From: Betaproteobacteria bacterium | GTDB lineage: Bacteria; Pseudomonadota; Gammaproteobacteria; Burkholderiales; Ga0077523 | NCBI GenBank assembly: GCA_016125475.1 | Contig: WGLR01000005.1 | Location: 11,859 to 75,858 of the forward strand | Length of the DNA: 64,000 nucleotides | Reading direction: 5' to 3' | Shown: piece by piece, positions 16,652-24,967 of the stretch | Position numbering within the stretch: position 1 is the stretch's first letter | Layout of the letters: every line of letters starts with the position of its first letter | Notes under the pieces: model-generated | The model's input: the letters and a program-made list of their open reading frames with translations, nothing else | Told to the model about the DNA's origin: nothing | Databases searched by the model: none | Program-made: the position numbers and the translations under genes

Positions 16652-17869
16652 TCAGGTCTCGACGGGCCGCGAACGGTCCGCGCACCATTCGCTCCAGGAC
16701 CCGGGGTAGAGCTTCGTGCCCGGCATGCCCGCGATGTCCATCGCGAGGATGTTGTGGCAGGCCGACACCCCCGAGCCGCACTGGTGCACGACCTGGCTGG
16801 CTCCAAATCCTTTCGTGAGTGGCTCGAACACGGCGCGGAGTTCGGCGGCCGGCCTGAAGAAGCCCATCGGATCGAGGTTCTCGCGGAAGAAGCGGTTCGC
16901 GGCACCGGGAATGTGGCCGCCGACCGGATCGATGGTTTCGTTCTGGCCGCGGAAGCGATCGGCCGCCCGGGCGTCGATCACCTGCATGTCTCCCTTGCCG
17001 AGATGCGCCAGCACGACGTCGACCGAAACGGCGGCGGCGCCGACCGCACCGGCTTCGTAAGTCGTCGGTGTCGGCTTCCGAACCTCTGCGGTCGTCGCGT
17101 GGCCGGTCTTGACCCACGCATCCCATCCGCCGTCGAGGACCGCGACGCGCTCGTGACCGAGCCAGTATCTGAGCATCCACCAGAGGCGCGAGGCATAGAC
17201 GCCCCCGCTCGCGTCGTAACCGACGACCTGGGAATCGCGTGACACGCCCATGCTTCCGAGCCACGCGACGAAGGTGTCGCGATCGGGCAGGGGGTGACGG
17301 CCGTTGCTGCCCGTCGGCCTGCTGGCGAGGTCGTTGTCGACGTGTGCGAACAGTGCGCCAGGCAGGTGGGACTTCGCGTAGGCCTCCGTGCCGATCGTCT
17401 TGTTCACGAGGTCGTGCCGGCAGTCGAAGACCACCAGTCCGGGATCGTCGTAGTGCTTCTCCAGATCGGCCACGGAGATGAGGGTGGTGAAATGCATGTC
17501 GGTGATTCCTGTCGAGGGGGCGGCGCCTTCGGCGAGCCAGTCGCGTGCCATGTCCTCGTCGTCGAAGACGCGGACTTCGGCATTCGTGAGGAGACGGGTG
17601 AGCCAGCCGAGCCAGACCGTGAGATCGTCGCGCGCGAGCACGGCCACACGGCGAAAGTCGTGCGCGTGGGCCCTGACGAAACGGATGTCCTCCCAGGCGA
17701 CGTCGAGCGTGTACCGGAGCATGTCACGCAGGTCGACGAGGAGATCCACCTTTCCCGAGACGCGCAGGGTCGCGAGGACCTCCCGCTCGAATTCCCGGTA
17801 GTCCGCGACGGCGAACTCGCCGTACACGCCGACGGTGATGAGGTTGCGTTCGTGCTGGATCGTGATCAT
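16652..17869 (-). CDS. fusion protein: N-terminal STAS/SpoIIAA-like (DUF3478-type) domain + tandem-rhodanese 3-mercaptopyruvate/thiosulfate sulfurtransferase
   Basis: 405 aa. Residues 1-115 resemble stand-alone STAS_2 proteins. From the internal Met at 17497 (MHFTTLISVADL...) it is a two-domain rhodanese with the active-site loop CGSGVSAC. Confidence 0.75.
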   Translation of the reverse strand: MITIQHERNLITVGVYGEFAVADYREFEREVLATLRVSGKVDLLVDLRDMLRYTLDVAWEDIRFVRAHAHDFRRVAVLARDDLTVWLGWLTRLLTNAEVRVFDDEDMARDWLAEGAAPSTGITDMHFTTLISVADLEKHYDDPGLVVFDCRHDLVNKTIGTEAYAKSHLPGALFAHVDNDLASRPTGSNGRHPLPDRDTFVAWLGSMGVSRDSQVVGYDASGGVYASRLWWMLRYWLGHERVAVLDGGWDAWVKTGHATTAEVRKPTPTTYEAGAVGAAAVSVDVVLAHLGKGDMQVIDARAADRFRGQNETIDPVGGHIPGAANRFFRENLDPMGFFRPAAELRAVFEPLTKGFGASQVVHQCGSGVSACHNILAMDIAGMPGTKLYPGSWSEWCADRSRPVET

Positions 17870-18810
17870 GTTCCGTTGTCGCTCCTTCCTGTGTCAGTCG
17901 GGCTCCGCCCCGTCTGCGGCGGCGGAGTTCCGATGGGCCGCAGAGTATCAGACTGGGCCGACACCTTCGCGGTCCGACGCCGGCCCGCGCGCAGGCTCAG
18001 CAGTCCGCCGACCACGATGAGTCCCATTCCGGCCCAGCCGCCGATCCCGGGGATTTCCCGCCATACCGCGAGCGCGAGGAGCGCCGAGAACACGACGGTC
18101 GAGTAGGACAGGGCGCCAACCACCAGGGCGTGTCCGGAGTGGTACGCACGCGTCATCGCGAACTGGCCCACGGTCGCGGAGACGCCGATGCCCGCGACGA
18201 TCCAGACGTTGTCCCAGCGCAGCGCGTGCGCACCGGTGAGGGCCATGCCGATCGCTGCGAGACAGGTCGAGAGCAGCGTGAAGTAGAACACGACCCGCCA
18301 GCTGGGTTCGCCGGTCGCGCCGAGCTTCTTCACGTTCAGGTAGGCGCCTGCGGCGAGCATGCCCGACGCGAGCCCGAGCAGGACCTCGAACGTCCGGTCT
18401 TCCTGCATGGCGGGCTGAAGCAGGAGCATGACGCCTGCGAAGGACACGCAGAGCGCGACCACGAGCGGCGCGTGAAATGCCTCCCGCAGGAGGACCGTCG
18501 TGAACAGCGCGAGAAACAGGGGCGACGTGTAGTTCAGGGTGACTGCCGTCGCGAGTGGCAGACGGCCGATGCAGTAGAAGTAGAGCCCCAGGGAGATGAC
18601 GCCGAAGATTCCCCGTGTGAGATGCAGGCGCCAGTGAGGCGTGGCGATCGTCCATCCGCGGGTCCGCGCGAGCAGGCCGAGCGAGAGGGTGCCCACCACC
18701 GATCGGTAAAAGACGAGTTCCACGCTCGTGAAGTGGGCCGCTCCGAGCTTCGCGAACATTCCCATCGTCGCGAACGCCAGGCCGCCGAGGAGCATCCAGA
18801 GTGCGCCCAC
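17866..18810 (-). CDS. DMT-superfamily (EamA) transporter
   Basis: 314 aa, about 10 TM helices, duplicated EamA pattern. Its stop overlaps the start of the next gene (ATGA). Confidence 0.8.
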   Translation of the reverse strand: MGALWMLLGGLAFATMGMFAKLGAAHFTSVELVFYRSVVGTLSLGLLARTRGWTIATPHWRLHLTRGIFGVISLGLYFYCIGRLPLATAVTLNYTSPLFLALFTTVLLREAFHAPLVVALCVSFAGVMLLLQPAMQEDRTFEVLLGLASGMLAAGAYLNVKKLGATGEPSWRVVFYFTLLSTCLAAIGMALTGAHALRWDNVWIVAGIGVSATVGQFAMTRAYHSGHALVVGALSYSTVVFSALLALAVWREIPGIGGWAGMGLIVVGGLLSLRAGRRRTAKVSAQSDTLRPIGTPPPQTGRSPTDTGRSDNGT

Positions 18811-18904
18811 GCTTCAGCGGTCCCGGCGAAAACTGCAGGCGCGAGCGCCGTTCGTGGCGTGTACCACGCGGGTCTCGCTGCGTCCCGACGTGCGACCCAA
18901 ACGA

Positions 18905-18928
18905 AACGCCGCCCTCGCGGGCGGCGTT
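18905..18928 (-). terminator. terminator hairpin after the Rieske oxygenase gene
   Basis: AACGCCGCCC-TCGC-GGGCGGCGTT, a 10-bp perfect stem, 19 nt after the stop. The downstream minus-strand sequence is only moderately U-rich. Confidence 0.6.
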
Positions 18929-18946
18929 CCGGAACGGGTGAACCGA

Positions 18947-20065
18947 TCAGGACTTCCGGGCTGCAATCGCGGGTTCCAGGTTCCGGCGGATGAACTCGTG
19001 GAAGTGGACCATGCCGTCTTCCATCGGCGACTGGTAGGGGCCGACTTCGTTCTCGCCGCGCAGCCAGAGTGCCTTGCGGCCCTCCTGCATGCGCACGCAG
19101 ATCTCGCGGTCCTCCACGGCCGTCTCGAGATACGCGGCCTGCTCGGCTTCGACGAATTCCGGCTCGAACAGCGCGATGTCCTCCGGGTAGTAGAACTCCA
19201 CGACGTTCGTGCAGGCCTCCGGTCCGCGAGGCAGGATCGTCGAGATCACGAGCACGTGCGGATACCACTCCACCATGATGTTGGGGTAGTACGTGAGCCA
19301 GATCGCGCCGTGCGGCGGGATCTGGCCCCCGTAGTAGGCGAGCACCGCATCGTGCCAGCGCTGGTAGGTGGGCGTGCCGGGCTTCCCGAGCTTCTGGTAG
19401 ATGCCCACCGTCTGCACGCTGTACCAGTCCCCGAACTCCCACTCGAGGCCGTTGCAGTCGACGAACTGCCCGAGGCCCGGGTGGAAAGGCTCGACGTGGT
19501 AGTCCTCCAGGTAGACCTCGATGAAGGCCTTCCAGTTGACGTCGTAGTCCTCGACGATCGTGTTGTGGTAGACGTAGCCGGAAAAATCGAAGTCGCGCGT
19601 GAGGGCCGCGCTCGCGAGATCGCTCGCCACGTCGCGGCGGCCCGAGAAGAGCAGGCCGTTCCAGCTCTGGATCGGCGTGCGGCCGAGATCGAGGCACGGG
19701 TTGCCCGGAAAGTGTGGCGCCCCGAGCAGCCTGCCCGTCGTGTCGTAGGTCCAGCGGTGAAGCGGACAGACGATGTTGTCGGTGCGGCCGCGACCCTTCA
19801 GCATGATCGCCTGCCGGTGCCGGCACACGTTGCTGAGCAGCTGCGTGCCCTCCCGGTTGCGGAACAGCGTCTTGCCGTGACCCATCCACGCCAGCGTGTG
19901 GAAGTCGCCTGTCTCGGGCACCATCAGCTCGTGGCCGACGTACCCCGGACCGGCATCGAAGAGGAGTCTGACCTCCATTTCGTAGATCTCACGGTCGAAA
20001 TACCAGTCGACCGGCAACTGGGTCGGCGTGGTGGTGAGAGCCGAAAGATTGGCCAGATCGGTCAT
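18947..20065 (-). CDS. Rieske [2Fe-2S] non-haem-iron oxygenase, alpha-subunit type
   Basis: 372 aa. Rieske motif CRHRQ...-17-...CPLHRW. C-terminal catalytic domain with His/Asp-rich blocks (EVYLEDYHVEPFHPGL). Confidence 0.8.
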   Translation of the reverse strand: MTDLANLSALTTTPTQLPVDWYFDREIYEMEVRLLFDAGPGYVGHELMVPETGDFHTLAWMGHGKTLFRNREGTQLLSNVCRHRQAIMLKGRGRTDNIVCPLHRWTYDTTGRLLGAPHFPGNPCLDLGRTPIQSWNGLLFSGRRDVASDLASAALTRDFDFSGYVYHNTIVEDYDVNWKAFIEVYLEDYHVEPFHPGLGQFVDCNGLEWEFGDWYSVQTVGIYQKLGKPGTPTYQRWHDAVLAYYGGQIPPHGAIWLTYYPNIMVEWYPHVLVISTILPRGPEACTNVVEFYYPEDIALFEPEFVEAEQAAYLETAVEDREICVRMQEGRKALWLRGENEVGPYQSPMEDGMVHFHEFIRRNLEPAIAARKS

Positions 20066-20150
20066 GATGCGCGTGCCACCTCCCGATGGGGTCAGGATCC
20101 GGAGCGTGTCCGAGCGCGGGCTGTGGAGCGCTCGCGAACCCGGGGTTCAC

Positions 20151-20191
20151 AAAAAAACAAAAGCCGCCCCCGCTACGTGCGTAGAACGGCT
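20151..20191 (-). terminator. intrinsic-terminator-like element inside the Rieske/xseB intergenic region
   Basis: On the minus strand: hairpin AGCCG..CUAC-GCAC-GUAG..CGGCU followed by UUUUGUUUUUUU (plus-strand A-run 20151-20162). No annotated gene lies upstream of it on that strand. Confidence 0.45.
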
Positions 20192-20394
20192 CTTCTCATC
20201 GTTCGGGCTACCGATCATCTCCCAGCCTGCAAGGCTGGTCGGGAGCCAGCAACCCTCTATGGATTTTCCCCTCAAAGCCGGGTCCGGGCAAGCGTGGGTT
20301 GCGGGCCGTTTCCGGCGATGGCGGAGATCGATGGCCCCGCCGTTGACCCTGTCGAGCCCGCTAGGGTAGATTTACGGGTTTTCCGAGACCCTCA

Positions 20395-20643
20395 ATGGCC
20401 AAGTCCGGCGCGCAGGATTCCCCGCAAACGCCCTCGTTCGAGGCCGCGATGACCGAACTGGAGGGAATCGTCGCCTCCATGGAAGGCGGCCAGCTCTCTC
20501 TCGAGGCGTCGCTCGCGGCTTACCGGCGTGGCGCGGAACTGCTCAAGCACTGTCGGGCCGTCCTCGAGGACGCCCAGCAGCAGATCAAGGTGCTGGAGGG
20601 CGAAACCTTGCGCGACTTTCCGGGTGCAGAAGACTCCGAGTGA
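20395..20643 (+). CDS. xseB: exodeoxyribonuclease VII small subunit
   Basis: 82 aa. SFEAAMTELEGIVASMEGGQLSLEASLAAYRRGAELLKHC is the canonical XseB helix-hairpin. Confidence 0.9.
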   Translation: MAKSGAQDSPQTPSFEAAMTELEGIVASMEGGQLSLEASLAAYRRGAELLKHCRAVLEDAQQQIKVLEGETLRDFPGAEDSE

Positions 20644-20656
20644 TCTCCAGGGCTGG

Positions 20657-21523
20657 ATGCGCGACCGGCAGGCGCGCATCGAAGCCGTGCTGGAGGCGGC
20701 CATGCCGCCGCCGGGGCTCGCCCCCGAACGCCTCCACGAGGCCATGCGCTATGCCGTGCTCGGTGGCGGCAAGCGCGTGCGTCCGCTGCTCGCCTACGCG
20801 GCCGGCGAAGCCGCCGGTGCGTCCGACGAGCGCGTCGACCGGGTTGCGGCCGCGGTGGAACTGGTTCATGTTTACTCTCTCGTTCACGACGATCTCCCGT
20901 GCATGGACAATGACGTCCTGCGCCGGGGCAAGCCGACCGTTCACGTGCAGTACGACGAGGAGACGGCCCTGCTCGTGGGCGATGCGCTGCAGAGTCTTGC
21001 CTTCGAGTGCCTGACAGCGCGCGATCTCGCGGACGATCCGGCAGTCCAGGTCCGCATGACGGGTAAGCTCGCACAGGCCGCGGGATCGCGCGGCATGGCG
21101 GGCGGGCAGGCGGTGGACCTGGCGAGTCAGGGCAGGACGCTGACGGTCGCGGAGCTCGAGTTCATGCACATCCACAAGACCGGTGCGCTCATATCGGCGG
21201 CGATCACGCTCGGGGCGGCGTGCGGGCGGCTCGCCGACGCGGAAACGCGCGGTGTCGCGCATTTCGCGCACTTCATCGGGCTCGCCTTCCAGGTCGTCGA
21301 CGACGTGCTCGACGCGACGGCGAGCACCGAAATCCTCGGCAAGACCGCCGGCAAGGACGCCGCCGGCCAGAAGCCGACCTACGTGAGCGTGCTCGGCATC
21401 GAGCGCTCTCGTGCCTACTCCCGCGAGCTGCTCGCGGACGCGCTGTCCGGGCTCGAACCGCTCGGTGCGCGCGGCGGGCGACTTGCCGATCTGGGGCGTT
21501 TCATCGTGGACCGGAACTTCTGA
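20657..21523 (+). CDS. ispA: farnesyl diphosphate synthase (polyprenyl synthetase)
   Basis: 288 aa from the ATG at 20657. [21 protein letters not shown] and [13 protein letters not shown]. Conserved xseB-ispA-dxs order. Confidence 0.9.
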   Translation: MRDRQARIEAVLEAAMPPPGLAPERLHEAMRYAVLGGGKRVRPLLAYAAGEAAGASDERVDRVAAAVELVHVYSLVHDDLPCMDNDVLRRGKPTVHVQYDEETALLVGDALQSLAFECLTARDLADDPAVQVRMTGKLAQAAGSRGMAGGQAVDLASQGRTLTVAELEFMHIHKTGALISAAITLGAACGRLADAETRGVAHFAHFIGLAFQVVDDVLDATASTEILGKTAGKDAAGQKPTYVSVLGIERSRAYSRELLADALSGLEPLGARGGRLADLGRFIVDRNF

Positions 21524-21524
21524 C

Positions 21525-23372
21525 ATGGGTTACCCGCTGCTCGACGTCACCTGCGATCCGGACGCGCTGCGGCAGCTCGACCGGCGCCAGCTTCCTCAGC
21601 TCGCGGACGAACTGCGCGAGTTCATCATCGAATCGGTGTCGAAGACCGGAGGCCATCTCTCCTCGAATCTCGGCACGATCGAACTCACCATCGCGCTCCA
21701 CTACGTGTTCGACACCCCGCGCGACCGCATCGTGTGGGACGTCGGGCACCAGACCTACGCACACAAGGTGCTCACGGGCCGGCGCGACGGCATGGCGAAG
21801 CTGCGCCAGTACGGCGGCATTGCGGGATTCCCGCGCCGGGAGGAAAGTCCCTACGACACGTTCGGGACCGCTCACTCCAGCACGTCGATCAGCGCGGGTC
21901 TGGGCATGGCGCTCGCCTCCCGGCTCACGGGCGAGGACCGGCACGTGGTCGCCGTGATCGGTGACGGCGCCATGACCGCCGGGATGGCTTTCGAGGCGCT
22001 GAACAATGCCGGCGCGAGCGACGCGAACCTCCTCGTGGTGCTGAACGACAACGACATGTCGATCTCGGAGAACGTGGGCGCGCTGAACAACTACCTCGCC
22101 CGGCTGCTCTCGGGGCGCGTCTACACCGCTGCCCGCCGCGCGAGCGAGCGCATGCTGCGTGTCGTGCCCCCGGCCTGGGAACTCGCGAAGCGCGCCGAGG
22201 AGCACGTGAAGGGCATGGTGACGCCCGGCACGCTGTTCGAGGAGTTCGGCTTCAACTACATCGGTCCGATCGACGGCCACGATCTCGAAGTCCTCGTGTC
22301 CACTCTGCGCAACGTGCGCAAGCTGGACGGCCCGCAGTTCCTGCACGTCATCACCCGCAAGGGCAAGGGGATGTCCGCGGCGGAGGACGATCCGATCCTC
22401 TACCACGGCGTGTCGAAATTCGATCCCCAGGTAGGCATCGTTGCCAAGGGCGGAGGCAAGGCCACCTACACGCAGGTGTTCGGCGACTGGCTCTGCGACA
22501 TGGCCGCCAGGGACTCGCGGCTGGTCGGCATCACGCCTGCGATGCGCGAAGGATCCGGGCTCGTGCGCTTCTCGCAGGAATTCCGCGATCGCTACTTCGA
22601 CGTCGGGATTGCCGAGCAGCACGCAGTGACCTTCGCCGCCGGCCTCGCGTGCGAGGGCCTGAAGCCGGTGGTCGCTATCTACTCGACGTTCCTGCAGCGT
22701 GGCTACGACCAGCTCATTCACGACGTCTGCATCCAGAAGCTGCCGGTCGTCTTCGCGCTCGACCGGGGCGGGCTCGTGGGAGCGGACGGTCCGACGCACC
22801 ACGGCGCCTTCGACCTGTCGTACCTGCGGTGCCTGCCGAACATGATCGTGATGGCGCCCGCGGACGAGAACGAGTGCAGGCAGATGCTCTACACGGCGTT
22901 CACGCTCGACATGCCGACGGCCGTGCGCTACCCGCGCGGCGCCGGGCCGGGCGTGCCGCAGCAGGCCGAGATGACGGCGCTGTCCGTGGGCAAGGGGGAA
23001 CTCCGGAGGCAGGGCCAGCGGATCGCGATCCTCGCCTTCGGCGCCATGCTCGCACCGGCGCTCGAGGCAGCGGAATCCCTGGACGCGACGGTCGCGAACA
23101 TGCGGTTCGTGAAACCGATCGATCAGGACCTAATCGTCACGATCGCGAACACGCACGACCTGATCGTGACGGTCGAGGAAAACGCGGTCCAGGGCGGAGC
23201 GGGTTCGGCCGTGTCCGAAGTGCTCGCCGCTCGCGGGCTGGCCCACGAAGTCCTGAACCTGGGGCTGCCCGACCAGTTCGTCGAACACGGCGACCCCTCG
23301 CTCCTGCTGAAGCTCTGCGGGCTGGATGCGGAAGGCATCCTCCGGTCGATCCAGGCGAGGCTGCACCGATAG
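21525..23372 (+). CDS. dxs: 1-deoxy-D-xylulose-5-phosphate synthase
   Basis: 615 aa. MGYPLLD..., [26 protein letters not shown], and the ThDP motif [18 protein letters not shown]. Confidence 0.95.
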   Translation: MGYPLLDVTCDPDALRQLDRRQLPQLADELREFIIESVSKTGGHLSSNLGTIELTIALHYVFDTPRDRIVWDVGHQTYAHKVLTGRRDGMAKLRQYGGIAGFPRREESPYDTFGTAHSSTSISAGLGMALASRLTGEDRHVVAVIGDGAMTAGMAFEALNNAGASDANLLVVLNDNDMSISENVGALNNYLARLLSGRVYTAARRASERMLRVVPPAWELAKRAEEHVKGMVTPGTLFEEFGFNYIGPIDGHDLEVLVSTLRNVRKLDGPQFLHVITRKGKGMSAAEDDPILYHGVSKFDPQVGIVAKGGGKATYTQVFGDWLCDMAARDSRLVGITPAMREGSGLVRFSQEFRDRYFDVGIAEQHAVTFAAGLACEGLKPVVAIYSTFLQRGYDQLIHDVCIQKLPVVFALDRGGLVGADGPTHHGAFDLSYLRCLPNMIVMAPADENECRQMLYTAFTLDMPTAVRYPRGAGPGVPQQAEMTALSVGKGELRRQGQRIAILAFGAMLAPALEAAESLDATVANMRFVKPIDQDLIVTIANTHDLIVTVEENAVQGGAGSAVSEVLAARGLAHEVLNLGLPDQFVEHGDPSLLLKLCGLDAEGILRSIQARLHR

Positions 23373-23420
23373 CCCGCCGCCGGGCGCACGGGTGTGACAG
23401 GCCGAGGGAACGGTCCGCGC

Positions 23421-23437
23421 AGACGCGCGTCTATAAT
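23421..23437 (+). promoter_or_regulatory. 12-bp perfect palindrome AGACGCGCGTCT abutting a consensus TATAAT upstream of folE2
   Basis: TATAAT at 23432-23437, 75-80 nt upstream of the folE2 ATG. The palindrome at 23421-23432 occupies the spacer. Confidence 0.4.
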
Positions 23438-23511
23438 GACGTGCCACCCGGTCGCCTGCAGTGCCACGGGGGGCCGCGAGGGCACAAGCCCAGTCACGAA
23501 GGACCTGACGC

Positions 23512-24321
23512 ATGAATTTTCCCGAAAAGATCACCCTTCCCATTCCCGACGTCCAGGGCTCGGAGGACACCCGCCGCCTCGCGATCGACAAGGTGGGGAT
23601 CAAGTCCATACGCCATCCCGTACGCGTGCGCGACAGGAGCGGAGGCGTGCAGCACACCGTGGCGCACTTCAACATGTACGTGCACCTGCCGCACAACTTC
23701 AAGGGTACGCACATGTCCCGCTTCGTCGAGATCCTGAACGCCTACGAGGGCGAGATCTCCGTCGAGTCGTTCGAGCCCATGCTGCGGCACATGGTGCAGC
23801 GGCTGGAGGCCGAGTCCGGTCACATCGAGATGACGTTCCCGTATTTCGTGAACAAGGCGGCCCCGGTCTCCGGAGTGCAGAGCCTCATGGACTACGAGGT
23901 GACGTTCGTGGGGGAGGTCGACCGGGGTGAGTACAGCTTCAGGATGACCGTGGTCGTGCCCGTCACGAGCCTGTGCCCGTGTTCCAAGAAGATTTCCGGC
24001 TACGGTGCGCACAACCAGCGCTCGCACGTGACGATCACCGCCGTCACCCGGGAATTCGTCTGGATCGAGGACATCGTGCGCATCGCCGAAGAGCAGGCCT
24101 CCTGCGAGCTCTACGGTCTGCTCAAGCGCCCGGACGAGAAATACGTCACCGAGCGTGCCTACGACAACCCGAAGTTCGTGGAGGACATGGTCCGGGACGT
24201 CGCCACCGTTCTGAACGGTGATCCCAGGATCCTTGCGTACGTCGTCGAGTCCGAGAACTTCGAGTCGATCCACAATCACAGCGCCTACGCCCTGATCGAG
24301 CGCGACAAGCGCGTCGCCTGA
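23512..24321 (+). CDS. folE2: GTP cyclohydrolase I type 2 (FolE2/MptA family)
   Basis: 269 aa. [45 protein letters not shown]. Confidence 0.9.
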   Translation: MNFPEKITLPIPDVQGSEDTRRLAIDKVGIKSIRHPVRVRDRSGGVQHTVAHFNMYVHLPHNFKGTHMSRFVEILNAYEGEISVESFEPMLRHMVQRLEAESGHIEMTFPYFVNKAAPVSGVQSLMDYEVTFVGEVDRGEYSFRMTVVVPVTSLCPCSKKISGYGAHNQRSHVTITAVTREFVWIEDIVRIAEEQASCELYGLLKRPDEKYVTERAYDNPKFVEDMVRDVATVLNGDPRILAYVVESENFESIHNHSAYALIERDKRVA

Positions 24322-24345
24322 CCCGCCCGGACGCGGTCCTTCGCG

Positions 24346-24831
24346 TCAGGGCACCGAGGGACGCGCGAGGGCGTCGAGCAGCGTTCCCATCGAGGCGTGC
24401 AGGTGCTCGAGGTGTGCCGCGGGCAGCCTCTGGAGTGCGTGCCGGAGATGTCCGCCCGTCGGGCCCGGGATCCGCTGCACGAGTTCCGCCCCAGCGGTCG
24501 TGAGCGACACGAGCACGATGCGGTTGTCGTGACGGTCCCGCGAGCGGGTCACGAGACCGCGATTCTCCAGCTTGTCCACGAGGTTGCTCGTCGATGACCG
24601 GTGCAGGTGGAGCGCGTCGGCCAGCGCCGAGATGCTGCTCGGGTTCCTGAGCGTGAGCTGCCAGAGCGCGAGCAGCTGGGCGCCGCTGAGGCCGCAGGCG
24701 TGCTCGAGCTGCTGCAGGCTGGCCTGCATGATCCTGAACACCCGGAGCATGGCGCCGAACGTCTGTTCGGCGATGCTGGAAGGGTCGTCGGCCATGCCCG
24801 TGAGGGGGGGATCCTCCTGATTCCGTGTCAT
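24346..24831 (-). CDS. MarR-family transcriptional regulator
   Basis: 161 aa from the ATG at 24831, preceded by GGAGAA. Winged-helix block [41 protein letters not shown]. Divergent from glgB. Confidence 0.8.
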   Translation of the reverse strand: MTRNQEDPPLTGMADDPSSIAEQTFGAMLRVFRIMQASLQQLEHACGLSGAQLLALWQLTLRNPSSISALADALHLHRSSTSNLVDKLENRGLVTRSRDRHDNRIVLVSLTTAGAELVQRIPGPTGGHLRHALQRLPAAHLEHLHASMGTLLDALARPSVP

Positions 24832-24877
24832 CGCATTCTCCGCTGCGTCGCAGCCCGCCGGGTGGATGGGTGGGCAT

Positions 24878-24888
24878 AAAACTGTTTT
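24878..24888. promoter_or_regulatory. AAAACTGTTTT palindrome in an AT-rich island between marR-like gene and glgB
   Basis: The only strongly AT-rich stretch in this region (CATAAAACTGTTTTGTGCAATAATAATAGTACGTCAATCG). Candidate shared operator/promoter. Confidence 0.35.
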
Positions 24889-24967
24889 GTGCAATAATAA
24901 TAGTACGTCAATCGTTCGTCCGGGATTCCGGCCGTGCCGGTTCCGGATGGTCAAGGAGAACGCCGTG

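Noticed and set aside
20192-20394. Known RNA families in the Rieske/xseB intergenic region (6S, 4.5S/SRP, RNase P, tmRNA, cobalamin, TPP and fluoride riboswitches).
   Set aside because: The hallmark sequences are absent: GGAAAGTCCGGGC for RNase P, the SRP GGAA tetraloop motif context, the B12 box, CTGAGA for TPP, and the crcB consensus. GGGGAAAATCC resembles only a fragment of the cobalamin core.
23438-23511. THF-II (folE motif) or other riboswitch in the folE2 leader.
   Set aside because: I could not align the leader to the consensus I remember, and I found no convincing conserved hairpin. A covariance-model search is needed before any claim.
24866-24967. Earlier start for glgB (ORF from 24866) and the 202-aa version of the MarR ORF (to 24954).
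   Set aside because: These extensions would run through the AT-rich divergent promoter island and overlap each other. Downstream ATGs with good Shine-Dalgarno sequences (24968 and 24831) give family-typical N-termini.
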